20,000 nucleotides of DNA, taken from the IMG/VR virus record IMGVR_UViG_3300007552_000001, one strand, 5' to 3'. Shown here piece by piece: positions 1 through 8,437 of this stretch. Origin of the DNA: an uncultured virus (IMG/VR IMGVR_UViG_3300007552_000001) (taxonomy: Duplodnaviria; Heunggongvirae; Uroviricota; Caudoviricetes). The position numbers and the translations under genes were made by a program. Positions within the stretch are counted from its first letter, which is position 1, and the number at the start of each line of letters is the position of its first letter. The notes beneath the pieces were generated by a model. The model saw only the letters and a list, made by a program, of their open reading frames with translations. It was not told where the DNA came from and ran no database searches.

Positions 1-87
1 ATAGAAGAAATGGATTTAAGATTAGATAAAATTATTGATAGTTTTAATCTTCAAAAATCCAAAGAAAAGGAAAACATTCCTAATTAA
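1..87 (+). CDS. 3' end of a hypothetical protein (partial)
   Basis: Open frame 1 IEEMDLDLDKIIDSFNLQKSKEKENIPN ending TAA at 85-87; start lies outside the window. Confidence 0.6.
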   Translation: MEEMDLRLDKIIDSFNLQKSKEKENIPN

Positions 88-127
88 TTTAAATAAATAA
101 ACATTAACCCATAGTTGTTAAAGAATA

Positions 128-212
128 GGAGAAGTGGCAGAGTGGTCGAATGCACTGGTCTTGAAAACCAGCGAACTTCACGGTTCCAGGGGTTCGAATC
201 CCTTCTTCTCCG
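128..212 (+). tRNA. tRNA-Ser(UGA)
   Basis: Acceptor GGAGAAG/CTTCTCC, anticodon arm CTGGT-CT TGA AA-ACCAG, long variable arm, GGTTCGAATCC T-arm, G73; no encoded CCA. Confidence 0.95.
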
Positions 213-218
213 CAAATT

Positions 219-295
219 GGCCTGGTAGTTCAGCTGGTTAGAATGCATGCCTGTCACGCATGAGGTCGCGAGTTCGAGTCTCGTCCAGGCCGCCA
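219..295 (+). tRNA. tRNA-Asp(GUC)
   Basis: Acceptor GGCCTGG/CCAGGCC, anticodon arm CATGC-CT GTC AC-GCATG, TTCGAGT T-loop, ends GCCA. Confidence 0.95.
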
Positions 296-306
296 CTCAA
301 AGCACA

Positions 307-334
307 TGAAACATTGTGCTTTTAGGGGGTATAA
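307..334 (+). promoter_or_regulatory. Putative class-2 (middle) promoter TGAAACA-N16-TATAA
   Basis: Same spacing as five other intergenic or gene-proximal copies; overlaps hairpin AAAGCACA/TGTGCTTT (299-322), which may terminate the tRNA transcript. Confidence 0.55.
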
Positions 335-354
335 CTAATAGAAAATAATTTAAA

Positions 355-591
355 ATGAGAAAAGTACACAGAGGTAGTAGAGGAAAGATTGCTGGAATAT
401 GTGACGGTTTCGGATATTATTTTGGAATTGATCCATTAATATTCAGACTTCTATTCATATTAGCTTTCTTTACACCCACAATCCCATCAATATTAATATA
501 CATTATATTTTGGTTAATATTGCCAGCAAATAAAAAAACAAAAACAAATGACAAGAGCGCAAATAGTTCAAAAACTACTAGACGAAAATAA
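355..591 (+). CDS. PspC domain membrane protein
   Basis: KIAGICDGFGYYFGIDPLIFRLLF...YIIFWLILP matches the PspC N-terminal and TM signature. Confidence 0.85.
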   Translation: MRKVHRGSRGKIAGICDGFGYYFGIDPLIFRLLFILAFFTPTIPSILIYIIFWLILPANKKTKTNDKSANSSKTTRRK

Positions 592-727
592 GATAACAAC
601 AGCAGAAGCTGTAGTTCTTCTTACACCGGAGGATTCATACACTCGTCCTACAACTTATTTACCTTACCAACCACAACGAGGAACAGATCCTTATTGGTTC
701 ACAACATCGACACATGATAACGCCTAA
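548..727 (+). CDS. Small hypothetical protein (59 aa, below ORF track cutoff)
   Basis: ATG 548 to TAA 727, MTRAQIVQKLLDENKITTAEAVVLL...; fills the gap and overlaps both neighbours in phage style. Confidence 0.65.
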   Translation: MTRAQIVQKLLDENKITTAEAVVLLTPEDSYTRPTTYLPYQPQRGTDPYWFTTSTHDNA

Positions 728-1112
728 CTATACATTTAACGCAAAACTAATTAGAGTAGTAGACGGAGATACTGTATGGGCACATGTAGATTTAGGATTT
801 GATATTTGGAAAAAGGTAAACGTTAGACTACATGGAATAGATACACCTGAAACTAGGACTAGAGATCTAGTAGAAAAAAGAGCAGGTCTTAAATCTAAAG
901 AAAGACTAGTGCAGTTACTAGAACAAGGAAACAATGAATTCGTATTGGTTTCTAAAGAAGTGGATAAATATGGAAGAGCGCTAGGAGAACTATATAATGG
1001 TTATCATGAAGTTCATGTCCATGAAGGTGAAACTAGACCTATATCAATTAGTATAAATCAAGTATTATTAAACGAAGGTTTAGCAAAACCTTATAATGGA
1101 GGAAAAAGATAA
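714..1112 (+). CDS. Thermonuclease (SNase-like)
   Basis: RVVDGDT, VRLHGIDTPE, DKYGRALG, INQVLLNEGLA are SNase motifs. Confidence 0.92.
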   Translation: MITPNYTFNAKLIRVVDGDTVWAHVDLGFDIWKKVNVRLHGIDTPETRTRDLVEKRAGLKSKERLVQLLEQGNNEFVLVSKEVDKYGRALGELYNGYHEVHVHEGETRPISISINQVLLNEGLAKPYNGGKR

Positions 1113-1115
1113 AAT

Positions 1116-1694
1116 ATGAAATCAAGAAAATTTAGCATTTCAGGATTATTAGAATTAAGACCTGGAAAATTTGAAGATGAAAGAGGAGAGTTTATAGAAA
1201 CATTCAAATCTTCAAAACTTAAAGAACTTGGAATTACAGAAGAATTTCTACAAGATAATCAATCTGTTTCTAAGAAAGGAGTATTTAGAGGAATACATTT
1301 ACAAACCGGAGATAGTGCTCAAGGAAAATTAGTAAGAGTTTCTAAAGGAGCTGTTGTAGATTTCGCAGTAGATCTTAGGCCTGGTTCCCCATCCTATGGA
1401 GAATGGACTTATGTATTATTAAGTGCGCACATAGGAAATCAATTTTGGATTCCAGCCGGATTTGGCCATGCGTTTCTTGCCCTTGAGGATGATACAATCT
1501 TTTCATATAAATGTACTAAAGAATATGATAAGAGTGCAGAGGAGTGTCTCCTATGGACCGACAAGGATATAGATCTGACTATAGATAAGAGTATACTTGC
1601 ACAATTCAATATATCAGACATCTTAGTCTCTGAAAAGGATAAAGAAGGTATTACGCTAAAGGAATATACTAAAAAATATGGCGTACTGGTTTAA
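1116..1694 (+). CDS. rfbC: dTDP-4-dehydrorhamnose 3,5-epimerase
   Basis: DERGEF, QDNQSVSKKGVFRGIHLQ, QGKLVRV, DLRPGSPSYG, WIPAGFGHAF, YKC, SEKD are RmlC motifs. Confidence 0.93.
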   Translation: MKSRKFSISGLLELRPGKFEDERGEFIETFKSSKLKELGITEEFLQDNQSVSKKGVFRGIHLQTGDSAQGKLVRVSKGAVVDFAVDLRPGSPSYGEWTYVLLSAHIGNQFWIPAGFGHAFLALEDDTIFSYKCTKEYDKSAEECLLWTDKDIDLTIDKSILAQFNISDILVSEKDKEGITLKEYTKKYGVLV

Positions 1695-2163
1695 AAGAAA
1701 ATACAGACAAGTTAAAAGAGTCTTAGATTACCTGCCAATCATTTGGAAAGGTTATGATTTTGATTATAGATACGCAATTGATTTATTTAAACACCAATTA
1801 ATACGTACTTCTAATTTTATGGAATCAGATAGAGCGTATGCCATCGATTCTGATATGAGAGCTAAGAGAATTAAAACCGCTATTGAACTTCTTGATAAAG
1901 TTTACGATGAAGAATATGGAATGGAATACATGGATCAGATAAAAGATATTTATGGTGATAATGTATTAGATCATTGGTTTGAAGATACTGGTAATAATGA
2001 TGGGAGTTCATTCTTAAGGTACGAATACGAGAAATGGGATAATTGTGAGGAAGTCGAACAAACTAAGAATAGGTTATTTAAACAGTCTAAAGAAAAGCAA
2101 ATTAGAGCAGAGAAATTAGTATGGAAATTTATATCCCATAACATCCGAGGATGGTGGGATTAA
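1678..2163 (+). CDS. Hypothetical phage protein (C-terminal WWD)
   Basis: 161-aa ORF overlapping rfbC; no recognisable catalytic motif. Confidence 0.75.
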   Translation: MAYWFKRKYRQVKRVLDYLPIIWKGYDFDYRYAIDLFKHQLIRTSNFMESDRAYAIDSDMRAKRIKTAIELLDKVYDEEYGMEYMDQIKDIYGDNVLDHWFEDTGNNDGSSFLRYEYEKWDNCEEVEQTKNRLFKQSKEKQIRAEKLVWKFISHNIRGWWD

Positions 2164-2170
2164 AATAATT

Positions 2171-2233
2171 TGAAAATAATTGCCTAAATATTTTTTTATC
2201 TCAGATATTTTGCTTATATTAGTATAGTAATAA
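2171..2233 (+). promoter_or_regulatory. ~60-bp conserved repeat copy 1, putative early promoter
   Basis: TTTTTTTATCTCAGATATTTTGCTTATATTAGTATAGTAAT core shared with five other copies; ATG at 2251. Confidence 0.8.
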
Positions 2234-2250
2234 TCAATAAAGCAAAAAAC

Positions 2251-2478
2251 ATGTCACTTAATTTAAACGTAGAAAAAGCTTGGGTAACCTTCTTAAATGA
2301 TGGTTGGGAAAGCGTTTGGCATCCAGTAACAGACGTTCTTGGAAACCATTTAGACTGGTCAGACGAAATCATGGACCATTGTAGAAAACAATTTAATGAC
2401 TCTGACAATTGGGTTAGTTTTGGAATCGCTCCTACTTCTCAAATGTTAATTAAAAACTCAGTAAGAGATAACCTTTAA
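2251..2478 (+). CDS. Hypothetical protein
   Basis: 75-aa ORF directly after repeat copy 1 with an A-rich start context. Confidence 0.75.
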   Translation: MSLNLNVEKAWVTFLNDGWESVWHPVTDVLGNHLDWSDEIMDHCRKQFNDSDNWVSFGIAPTSQMLIKNSVRDNL

Positions 2479-2488
2479 AAATATAAAA

Positions 2489-2947
2489 ATGAAAACAGTA
2501 ATTTTCGATTTAGATGGAACTCTCGCTCTTATCGACGATAGGAGAGCTATTTCCACAAAAGATAATGGTAAAATGGATTGGGACACTTTCTTCGATCCAG
2601 CAAACATTCAATTAGATAAACCGAATTGGCCAGTTATTCACATGGCACGACTTCTTAAAAAAGATGGACATCGTGTTGTAATTTTTAGTGGAAGATCTAA
2701 AGCTACTAAAGACGCAACGAAAGATTGGTTAAACGATCTTGATATTCCATTTGATGTTTTAAAGATGCGACCAACTGGTGGAGGTTTTAAGTTTATGAAA
2801 GATGATGTATTAAAGAAAAAGTGGCTTGATGATTTATTTCCAAATACAGACGATATTACATGTGTCTTTGACGATAGAGATAAAGTAGTTCAAATGTGGA
2901 GAGATAATGGTATCACTTGCTTTCAAGTTGCACCTGGTAATTTTTAA
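2489..2947 (+). CDS. HAD phosphatase, polynucleotide 3'-phosphatase type (PNKP/PseT C-terminal domain-like)
   Basis: FDLDGTLA motif I, FSGR motif II, LKMRP..D...K, FDDRDKVVQMWR..GITCFQVA as in T4 PseT phosphatase-like proteins. Confidence 0.85.
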   Translation: MKTVIFDLDGTLALIDDRRAISTKDNGKMDWDTFFDPANIQLDKPNWPVIHMARLLKKDGHRVVIFSGRSKATKDATKDWLNDLDIPFDVLKMRPTGGGFKFMKDDVLKKKWLDDLFPNTDDITCVFDDRDKVVQMWRDNGITCFQVAPGNF

Positions 2948-2957
2948 AATAAAAGAT

Positions 2958-3242
2958 ATGAAATTCAAAGATTTAACATTTAAGAAACAAACACACGGTG
3001 GTGTAGGCACCACTGCAAAATTCAAAGACGTTACAGTGAGTATTCAGGCTGGTAAGTTTGTTTACAGTAATCCTCGAGAGGATGGCTTAGACTCTACACA
3101 ATACTCTTCATTCGAAGTTGCTATATGGGAGAACTCTAAAGACGGAAGTTTTGTTACTTCTAAATTTATAGATACTGAAGATCAAGTTGCAGGATGGACT
3201 TCTAAAAAAGATATTGATAATCTTTTACAAAAATTGAAATAA
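2958..3242 (+). CDS. Hypothetical protein
   Basis: Start MKFKDL at 2958 preferred over 2907, which overlaps the upstream gene. Confidence 0.75.
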   Translation: MKFKDLTFKKQTHGGVGTTAKFKDVTVSIQAGKFVYSNPREDGLDSTQYSSFEVAIWENSKDGSFVTSKFIDTEDQVAGWTSKKDIDNLLQKLK

Positions 3243-3469
3243 TGGGAATAGAAGGATTATTTTTAACGATTTTCTTAGGAGCATTTGCATTCGTAATGGG
3301 ATGGATGAAAGGATGTGAAGACGAGCAATCGAGAATTAGAGAAGCTTTCAGGTCAGAAGAATATGACTATGAAGGCTTCTTTAATGTTCTTGAAAAATAT
3401 GAAGAAAGGAAGGAAGCCGATAAGCAATGGGCTAAGTTTAATAAAAAAAGAGAAAAAAATAAAAAATAA
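3242..3469 (+). CDS. Hypothetical membrane-anchored protein
   Basis: N-terminal hydrophobic helix LFLTIFLGAFAFVMGW; TAATG coupling to the upstream gene. Confidence 0.7.
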   Translation: MGIEGLFLTIFLGAFAFVMGWMKGCEDEQSRIREAFRSEEYDYEGFFNVLEKYEERKEADKQWAKFNKKREKNKK

Positions 3470-3523
3470 ACAGCTAAAAGTTTTTTTATCTCAGATTTTT
3501 TGCTTATATTAGTAGAGTAATAA
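3463..3523 (+). promoter_or_regulatory. ~60-bp conserved repeat copy 2, putative early promoter
   Basis: AAAATAAACAGCTAAAAGTTTTTTTATCTCAGATTTTTTGCTTATATTAGTAGAGTAAT; ATG at 3542. Confidence 0.8.
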
Positions 3524-3541
3524 TTAATAAAAGAAACCATT

Positions 3542-3742
3542 ATGGCAGAATTAAAAAACAAACAATATATGTTCACCTTTGAAGGTGGCGGTTGGAACAC
3601 AGTGTGGGCCAAAACTAAACGCGGTGCAATTAAAGCCGCTCTTAAAGAATACTCAGATTCAGATACTTTGAATCCACGTATTGATTCTTTTCATAAAGCT
3701 ACCGAAGAAGGTCTTCGAAATGCAATGTCTCTTTTCTACTAA
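3542..3742 (+). CDS. Hypothetical protein
   Basis: 66-aa ORF right after repeat copy 2. Confidence 0.75.
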   Translation: MAELKNKQYMFTFEGGGWNTVWAKTKRGAIKAALKEYSDSDTLNPRIDSFHKATEEGLRNAMSLFY

Positions 3743-3751
3743 AAAATAAAA

Positions 3752-4096
3752 ATGAATAAACTACAATCACTTAAATGCGTTGAAGTAACTTCACAGACGC
3801 AAGCCGACAATGGAACTATTTGTTACCATGACCCTATCACGAATACTGACTATCTTTCTTATGAAAGTGGATATATTCGTAGAGCATATACCCGTAATTA
3901 CGAAAATTACAAAGGATATGAATGGTCTCATCGAACGATCTATCAATTAAATCCTACTAAGAAATCAATGCATGAATGGAATGGAACCACATGGCCTTCA
4001 ACTGAAAGGATTATGATCGAAGATCCAAACGAGCGTTTAGACAGACTTGCAAAGGCTGTAGTTAATTATAGAAAAACCCTTAGCAAGAATGCGTAA
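3752..4096 (+). CDS. Hypothetical protein
   Basis: 114-aa ORF, A-rich start, in operon. Confidence 0.75.
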   Translation: MNKLQSLKCVEVTSQTQADNGTICYHDPITNTDYLSYESGYIRRAYTRNYENYKGYEWSHRTIYQLNPTKKSMHEWNGTTWPSTERIMIEDPNERLDRLAKAVVNYRKTLSKNA

Positions 4097-4205
4097 ACTA
4101 AAACACACACTTAAGCAGATTGATAGTGTAGACATCGTCCTAATTACTGCGTTTGGACTTTATATGATTCTACTTGTTTCTAACCTTTTAAAAATGGTAA
4201 ACTAA
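4089..4205 (+). CDS. Small membrane protein (38 aa)
   Basis: MRKLKHTLKQIDSVDIVLITAFGLYMILLVSNLLKMVN; overlaps the upstream stop and couples to the next ATG via TAATG. Confidence 0.6.
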   Translation: MRKLKHTLKQIDSVDIVLITAFGLYMILLVSNLLKMVN

Positions 4206-4438
4206 TGAGATATACAGTAACATTTGAAGTATACATTGATGCAGATGACGATAAACACGCTCTTTCAAAGGGTGAACTTATCGCCAACAATCAAGAAAAT
4301 AAATACGGCCAATCATGGGACGTAACACAATTACACCAAACTCCTTTCGCTTCCTTTAACACAAAGAAAGTAGATATTCAAAAACTTAGAACGGAGCAAA
4401 TGATTAAATCAATAGAAGAAGATCCATTACCATTTTAA
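4205..4438 (+). CDS. Hypothetical protein
   Basis: 77-aa ORF ending in acidic EEDPLPF. Confidence 0.7.
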   Translation: MRYTVTFEVYIDADDDKHALSKGELIANNQENKYGQSWDVTQLHQTPFASFNTKKVDIQKLRTEQMIKSIEEDPLPF

Positions 4439-4439
4439 T

Positions 4440-4619
4440 ATGATGACCTATTTGTACATTGGCGTTTTATTCTCTTTATTTTTACACATATCTCATGATA
4501 TTCAGTCGAAATATATTGAAGACTATGATGGAAAAAGATTTACCCTTTTAGAATCTATTTTCTTGACACTAGCATGGCCATTTTACTTATTTCATTTTAT
4601 CAAAGGATTTTTCGAATAA
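4440..4619 (+). CDS. Small two-TM membrane protein (59 aa)
   Basis: MMTYLYIGVLFSLFLH...IFLTLAWPFYLFHFIKGFFE; ATG 4440, TAA 4617-4619. Confidence 0.65.
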   Translation: MMTYLYIGVLFSLFLHISHDIQSKYIEDYDGKRFTLLESIFLTLAWPFYLFHFIKGFFE

Positions 4620-4643
4620 ACTTTTTGTAAAACCCATATATAA
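4616..4643 (+). promoter_or_regulatory. Putative class-2 promoter ATAAACT-N16-TATAA
   Basis: AAAC 4618-4621 and TATAA 4639-4643, same 17-nt gap as other copies; upstream of the glycosylase. Confidence 0.5.
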
Positions 4644-4648
4644 ACAAT

Positions 4649-5482
4649 ATGCCAGAATTAGCAGAATTAAAATTTACAGCAGACTACGTCAATCAAGTAT
4701 CAGAAGGTGCAAACTATGTTAATGTTTCTAAAAACCCAGAACATAAGTGCGAAGACCTCGATATTCCATTTAAATCTTTCAGAGTTAAGGCAGAATCTAA
4801 GGGAAAGGAAATGGTCCTTATGATTTTAGATAATAATTCAGATCAGATTATTCCTATTAGAATGACAATGGGAATGAGTGGATATTTTAAACTTACTAAT
4901 TCAGGACAAGAACCTAAGCACTCACATCTAAAATTTAATAGAAGGGATGGAACTACACTCTCATTTGTAGATGTTCGCCGATTTGGCAAGTGGAAACAAG
5001 GGTTATGGTGGAATGATACACGAGGAGAGGATCCAACGACCTCCTTTGATTCTTTTTGGAAAGATATAATGACTAATCTAACGTCACGCGCTTTCAAGAA
5101 ACCACTCTATGAAGTCCTGATGAACCAAAAATATTTTAATGGAATAGGCAATTACTTAAGAGCAGAGATAATTTTTAGAGCAGGTGACGTAGATCCTTTT
5201 TTACCAGCAGGAATGCAACTAGCTAAATATCCTAAAATACTAGAACTATGTAAAGATATCCCAATGTTAGCATACGCAAAAGGAGGAGGAAGCATTAGGG
5301 ATTGGGATAATCCTTTCGGAGAAAATGCAGTTCAAGAAAGATTTATGTTATGTTACGGTAATAGTGAAATGTCAAAAAGAAAAGATAGAAACGGAAGGAT
5401 GTTTTGGTATGATCCTAAATGGGACAATGTTCCTACAAGTAGAGACGATTTAAAAGAATATTTCCATGGCGATAGAAGCTAA
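4649..5482 (+). CDS. Fpg/Nei family DNA glycosylase/AP lyase, NEIL1-like (zincless finger)
   Basis: N-terminal MPELAE (catalytic Pro2/Glu3), KGKE, GMSG, FVDVRRFG, H2TH NQKYFNGIGNYLRAEI, C-terminal CYG...DRNGRMFW with no CxxC zinc finger. Confidence 0.92.
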   Translation: MPELAELKFTADYVNQVSEGANYVNVSKNPEHKCEDLDIPFKSFRVKAESKGKEMVLMILDNNSDQIIPIRMTMGMSGYFKLTNSGQEPKHSHLKFNRRDGTTLSFVDVRRFGKWKQGLWWNDTRGEDPTTSFDSFWKDIMTNLTSRAFKKPLYEVLMNQKYFNGIGNYLRAEIIFRAGDVDPFLPAGMQLAKYPKILELCKDIPMLAYAKGGGSIRDWDNPFGENAVQERFMLCYGNSEMSKRKDRNGRMFWYDPKWDNVPTSRDDLKEYFHGDRS

Positions 5483-5651
5483 GAAGTGGCTTAACGAAAA
5501 CGAATGGCCAGATAATAATATAGACAGTGATGCATTTTCTCATTACACTAAAATGAGCAGTATCATGGAACAATATGCCAGAGAATATCATGCTAAGAAA
5601 TTAGAAGAAGCTCGAAAAAAAGAAGTAACACAATTTAAAAAGTTCTTATGA
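5466..5651 (+). CDS. Hypothetical protein
   Basis: 61-aa ORF overlapping neighbours (ATGA with the next gene); contains MEQYAREYH. Confidence 0.7.
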   Translation: MAIEAKKWLNENEWPDNNIDSDAFSHYTKMSSIMEQYAREYHAKKLEEARKKEVTQFKKFL

Positions 5652-6280
5652 AGAAACTAGAACGCATGCAAAACCTAATCGTAGTTGGACATCCTGATAA
5701 AAAATCATTTTGTTATAACGGAATTTTTAAAACAATCCAAGAATCTCTATTAGATAGTGATTACCTAAATGAAATACAGGTAATAGATTTATATAGAGAT
5801 GATTTTTCTCAACCAAGAAAAGATCTTATTAAGGAATATCAAGATGCTGTAACATGGGCGGATAGAATTTACTTTGTATCTCCTGTTTGGTGGTTTAGAT
5901 TAACACCTAGAATGGAAATATTCTTTGACGAAGTATTTACCCCAGGTTTTGCGTATAAGTTTGTTCCCCTTTTCGGAGCATACGCATATCCAAAGCCATT
6001 CTTGAGTGACAAAAAGGTAAGGACATATATAACCCATGGAGCTCCTTCATTACCGGTAAGAACTCTATATTTAAACTCAGTTAAATTACGTTTAGTGATG
6101 GGAGTATTTACATTTGTATTTGGATGGAATATTTCAAGATGGTTAAAGACAAAACAATTTTGGTCAGTTCCCTTCGTGAGCGATGCAAAAAGAAAGAAAT
6201 ATTTAGACAGAGTTAAAAAAGATATTAAGAGAGATCTTAAAAAACATCAAACATTACCTATGCAACATGAAAACATATAG
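5648..6280 (+). CDS. NAD(P)H dehydrogenase (quinone), flavodoxin-like fold (MdaB/KefF-like)
   Basis: VVGHPDKKSF, IDLY, WADRIYFVSPVWWF, FFDEVFTPGFAY, ITHGAP. Confidence 0.88.
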   Translation: MKKLERMQNLIVVGHPDKKSFCYNGIFKTIQESLLDSDYLNEIQVIDLYRDDFSQPRKDLIKEYQDAVTWADRIYFVSPVWWFRLTPRMEIFFDEVFTPGFAYKFVPLFGAYAYPKPFLSDKKVRTYITHGAPSLPVRTLYLNSVKLRLVMGVFTFVFGWNISRWLKTKQFWSVPFVSDAKRKKYLDRVKKDIKRDLKKHQTLPMQHENI

Positions 6281-6518
6281 ACCCACAAAAGAAATGAGAA
6301 CTAATCCACTTTCCCTACAGGACGGAGGATCCATAGTAACAGTGATTTACGATGGTTACGTTGTTGAATTTACAAACATCAAATCTCCTTATTCGTATAT
6401 TTCTTCTATTCGCTTTCGGAAGCGCAATGATATTACTCTTAGAGGTTTTTTAATAAACGGTGAAGAATATGACATGTGTGGTGGTAATAAAGAAACAAAA
6501 ATAAATAAATCAGTATAA
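6267..6518 (+). CDS. Hypothetical protein
   Basis: 83-aa ORF in operon. Confidence 0.7.
   Translation: MKTYRPTKEMRTNPLSLQDGGSIVTVIYDGYVVEFTNIKSPYSYISSIRFRKRNDITLRGFLINGEEYDMCGGNKETKINKSV
6491..6518 (+). promoter_or_regulatory. Putative class-2 promoter AGAAACA-N16-TATAA
   Basis: AAAC 6493-6496, TATAA 6514-6518; ATG at 6525. Confidence 0.5.
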
Positions 6519-6524
6519 TAATAT

Positions 6525-7418
6525 ATGAAAAACGTATTAGTCACAGGTGGTGCAGGATTTGTTGGAAGCAACCTCATTAAACACCTACAGGAAACCTATC
6601 CAAAAATTAAAATAACTTCATTAGATAATTACTTTACAGGAAAAGAAGAAAATCATGTTCCAGGTGCAACTTATTATAGAGGACATACTTGGGAAGCAGA
6701 TACTATTTTTGAAAAATTAACAGAAGAAGAATATTTTGATACAGTATTCCACTTTGGAGAATATAGTAGGATTGTTCAATCGTTTGAAGATATTGATTTT
6801 GTTCATAGGTCTATTCTATCTGGAACACCTGTTATATTAGAACTATGTAGAAAATGGAATTCAAAGTTAATTTATTCTGCATCTAGTTCTAAATTCGGTA
6901 ACAACGGTGAAGATGAGAATCTTTCTCCTTATGCTTGGATGAAATCTAAGATGGTAGAATTAATCAAAAACTATAATACATGGTATGATCTTCAATATGA
7001 GATCTGTTATTTCTTTAATGTATATGGACCTGGTCAAATTACATCAGGTGATTATGCAACAGTTGTTGGCATTTTTGAAAGACAATTTAAGGCAGGTGAA
7101 AAATGTTCAGTAGTTTCTCCTGGAAATCAAAGTAGAGACTTCACACATGTTGAAGACGTAGTTACAGCGCTCGGATTAGCAGCACAGAGAAAGGACAATC
7201 ACGAATGGCACCTGAGAAGCGGAGTTAATACTACAATGATAGAATTAGCAGAAATGTATGGTGATTGGGTAATGATTCCTGAAAGAAGAGGCGAAAGGTT
7301 TACAAGCGAAGACTTCCCATCAGACACTGAAGAAAAATTAGGCTGGAAACCAACTTGGAAATTACAAGATTGGGTAAATTTAGTAACATCATCAAAACAA
7401 GAAAAAATTAATGCATAA
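6525..7418 (+). CDS. NAD-dependent epimerase/dehydratase (extended SDR)
   Basis: TGGAGFVG Rossmann motif, YSASSS, SPYAWMK (YxxxK), FFNVYGPGQ, RDFTHVED. Confidence 0.92.
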   Translation: MKNVLVTGGAGFVGSNLIKHLQETYPKIKITSLDNYFTGKEENHVPGATYYRGHTWEADTIFEKLTEEEYFDTVFHFGEYSRIVQSFEDIDFVHRSILSGTPVILELCRKWNSKLIYSASSSKFGNNGEDENLSPYAWMKSKMVELIKNYNTWYDLQYEICYFFNVYGPGQITSGDYATVVGIFERQFKAGEKCSVVSPGNQSRDFTHVEDVVTALGLAAQRKDNHEWHLRSGVNTTMIELAEMYGDWVMIPERRGERFTSEDFPSDTEEKLGWKPTWKLQDWVNLVTSSKQEKINA

Positions 7419-7902
7419 AAAAGGTAAAATAGTATTAGTAGGAAAGGCAGCCGCTGGAAAAGATTATTTAAGAACTAGATATGAAAATAGAGGTTTCGTT
7501 TTTGGAGTCTCTTATACTACTCGTCCTCCTCGTAAGAAGGCAAACGAACAAGAAGGAGTAGACTATTATTTTGTAAACGAAGATAGCTTTAAAAACATGA
7601 TCGATAATGATGAATTCGTTGAGTATCAAAAATTTAACGGATGGTATTACGGAATCACAAAGGAAGAATTTGAAAGATGTGACGTAATGATTTTAAATGC
7701 GGAAGCAGTCGATTTATTAAATGAAGAATATCGAGGTAGATGCTTTGTAACTTATATAGATATACCAATTGAAGTAAGAAGATCAAGAATTGTTGAAAGA
7801 AACGATCCAGACGACAATTTCGAAAGAAGAATACAGGCAGATGAAGATCAATTTAGAAACTTTTCTAATTTTGATTGTAGAATAACTAACCACAACTTTT
7901 AA
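7411..7902 (+). CDS. gmk: Guanylate kinase
   Basis: P-loop GKAAAGKD, SYTTRPPR, EGVDYYFV, EY..FNGWYYG. Confidence 0.9.
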   Translation: MHKKGKIVLVGKAAAGKDYLRTRYENRGFVFGVSYTTRPPRKKANEQEGVDYYFVNEDSFKNMIDNDEFVEYQKFNGWYYGITKEEFERCDVMILNAEAVDLLNEEYRGRCFVTYIDIPIEVRRSRIVERNDPDDNFERRIQADEDQFRNFSNFDCRITNHNF

Positions 7903-7924
7903 AACAACAATAAATAATAATAAG

Positions 7925-8437
7925 ATGGCAGATTTAAAGATGAACTTATCACAACTAGAAACAAAGAGAGACGAACTTATCAAAGAAATTGATGCGACTT
8001 CAAAGGATATGACTAATAAAACCTATGATGTTGATTTCGTAAGTAACTCTAATATTAACAAAACATTATCTCATCTAGATAAAAATTACAAATGGACAGT
8101 TAAGAATGCTGCTCTTTTAATTAATCTTCACGAAGCTCTAAAGGCTGAAAAAACTAGAATTTCAAAAGAAGGTGGCGATGCAATAGTAGCCCTAAAAACA
8201 GTTCCACTTAATACACTATATAGCGCTTTGACAACACTTGAAGGAACAGGTGTATCTCAGGCAAAAGCATTTACAACTCTTCTTACGCAAGTTGGTTTCA
8301 ATATTAGTGAAGCCATGAAAACTATGCAGGAATCAAATAAAGAAATACAAACTCTTCATGTTTCTTTAGCTGAAGTTGAAAAAGAAATAGAAGAGAATAA
8401 CGTAGAAACAGTAACACCGGATGAAGTTAGCAAGTAA
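7925..8437 (+). CDS. Hypothetical helical/coiled-coil protein
   Basis: 170 aa with heptad-like N- and C-termini. Confidence 0.75.
   Translation: MADLKMNLSQLETKRDELIKEIDATSKDMTNKTYDVDFVSNSNINKTLSHLDKNYKWTVKNAALLINLHEALKAEKTRISKEGGDAIVALKTVPLNTLYSALTTLEGTGVSQAKAFTTLLTQVGFNISEAMKTMQESNKEIQTLHVSLAEVEKEIEENNVETVTPDEVSK

Noticed and set aside
84..296. Minus-strand 70-aa ORF
   Set aside because: Antisense shadow of tRNA-Ser and tRNA-Asp.
1068..1096. Further class-2 promoter before rfbC (TTAAACG...TATAA)
   Set aside because: Spacing is one base longer than in the six consistent copies and it lies within coding sequence; too weak to call.
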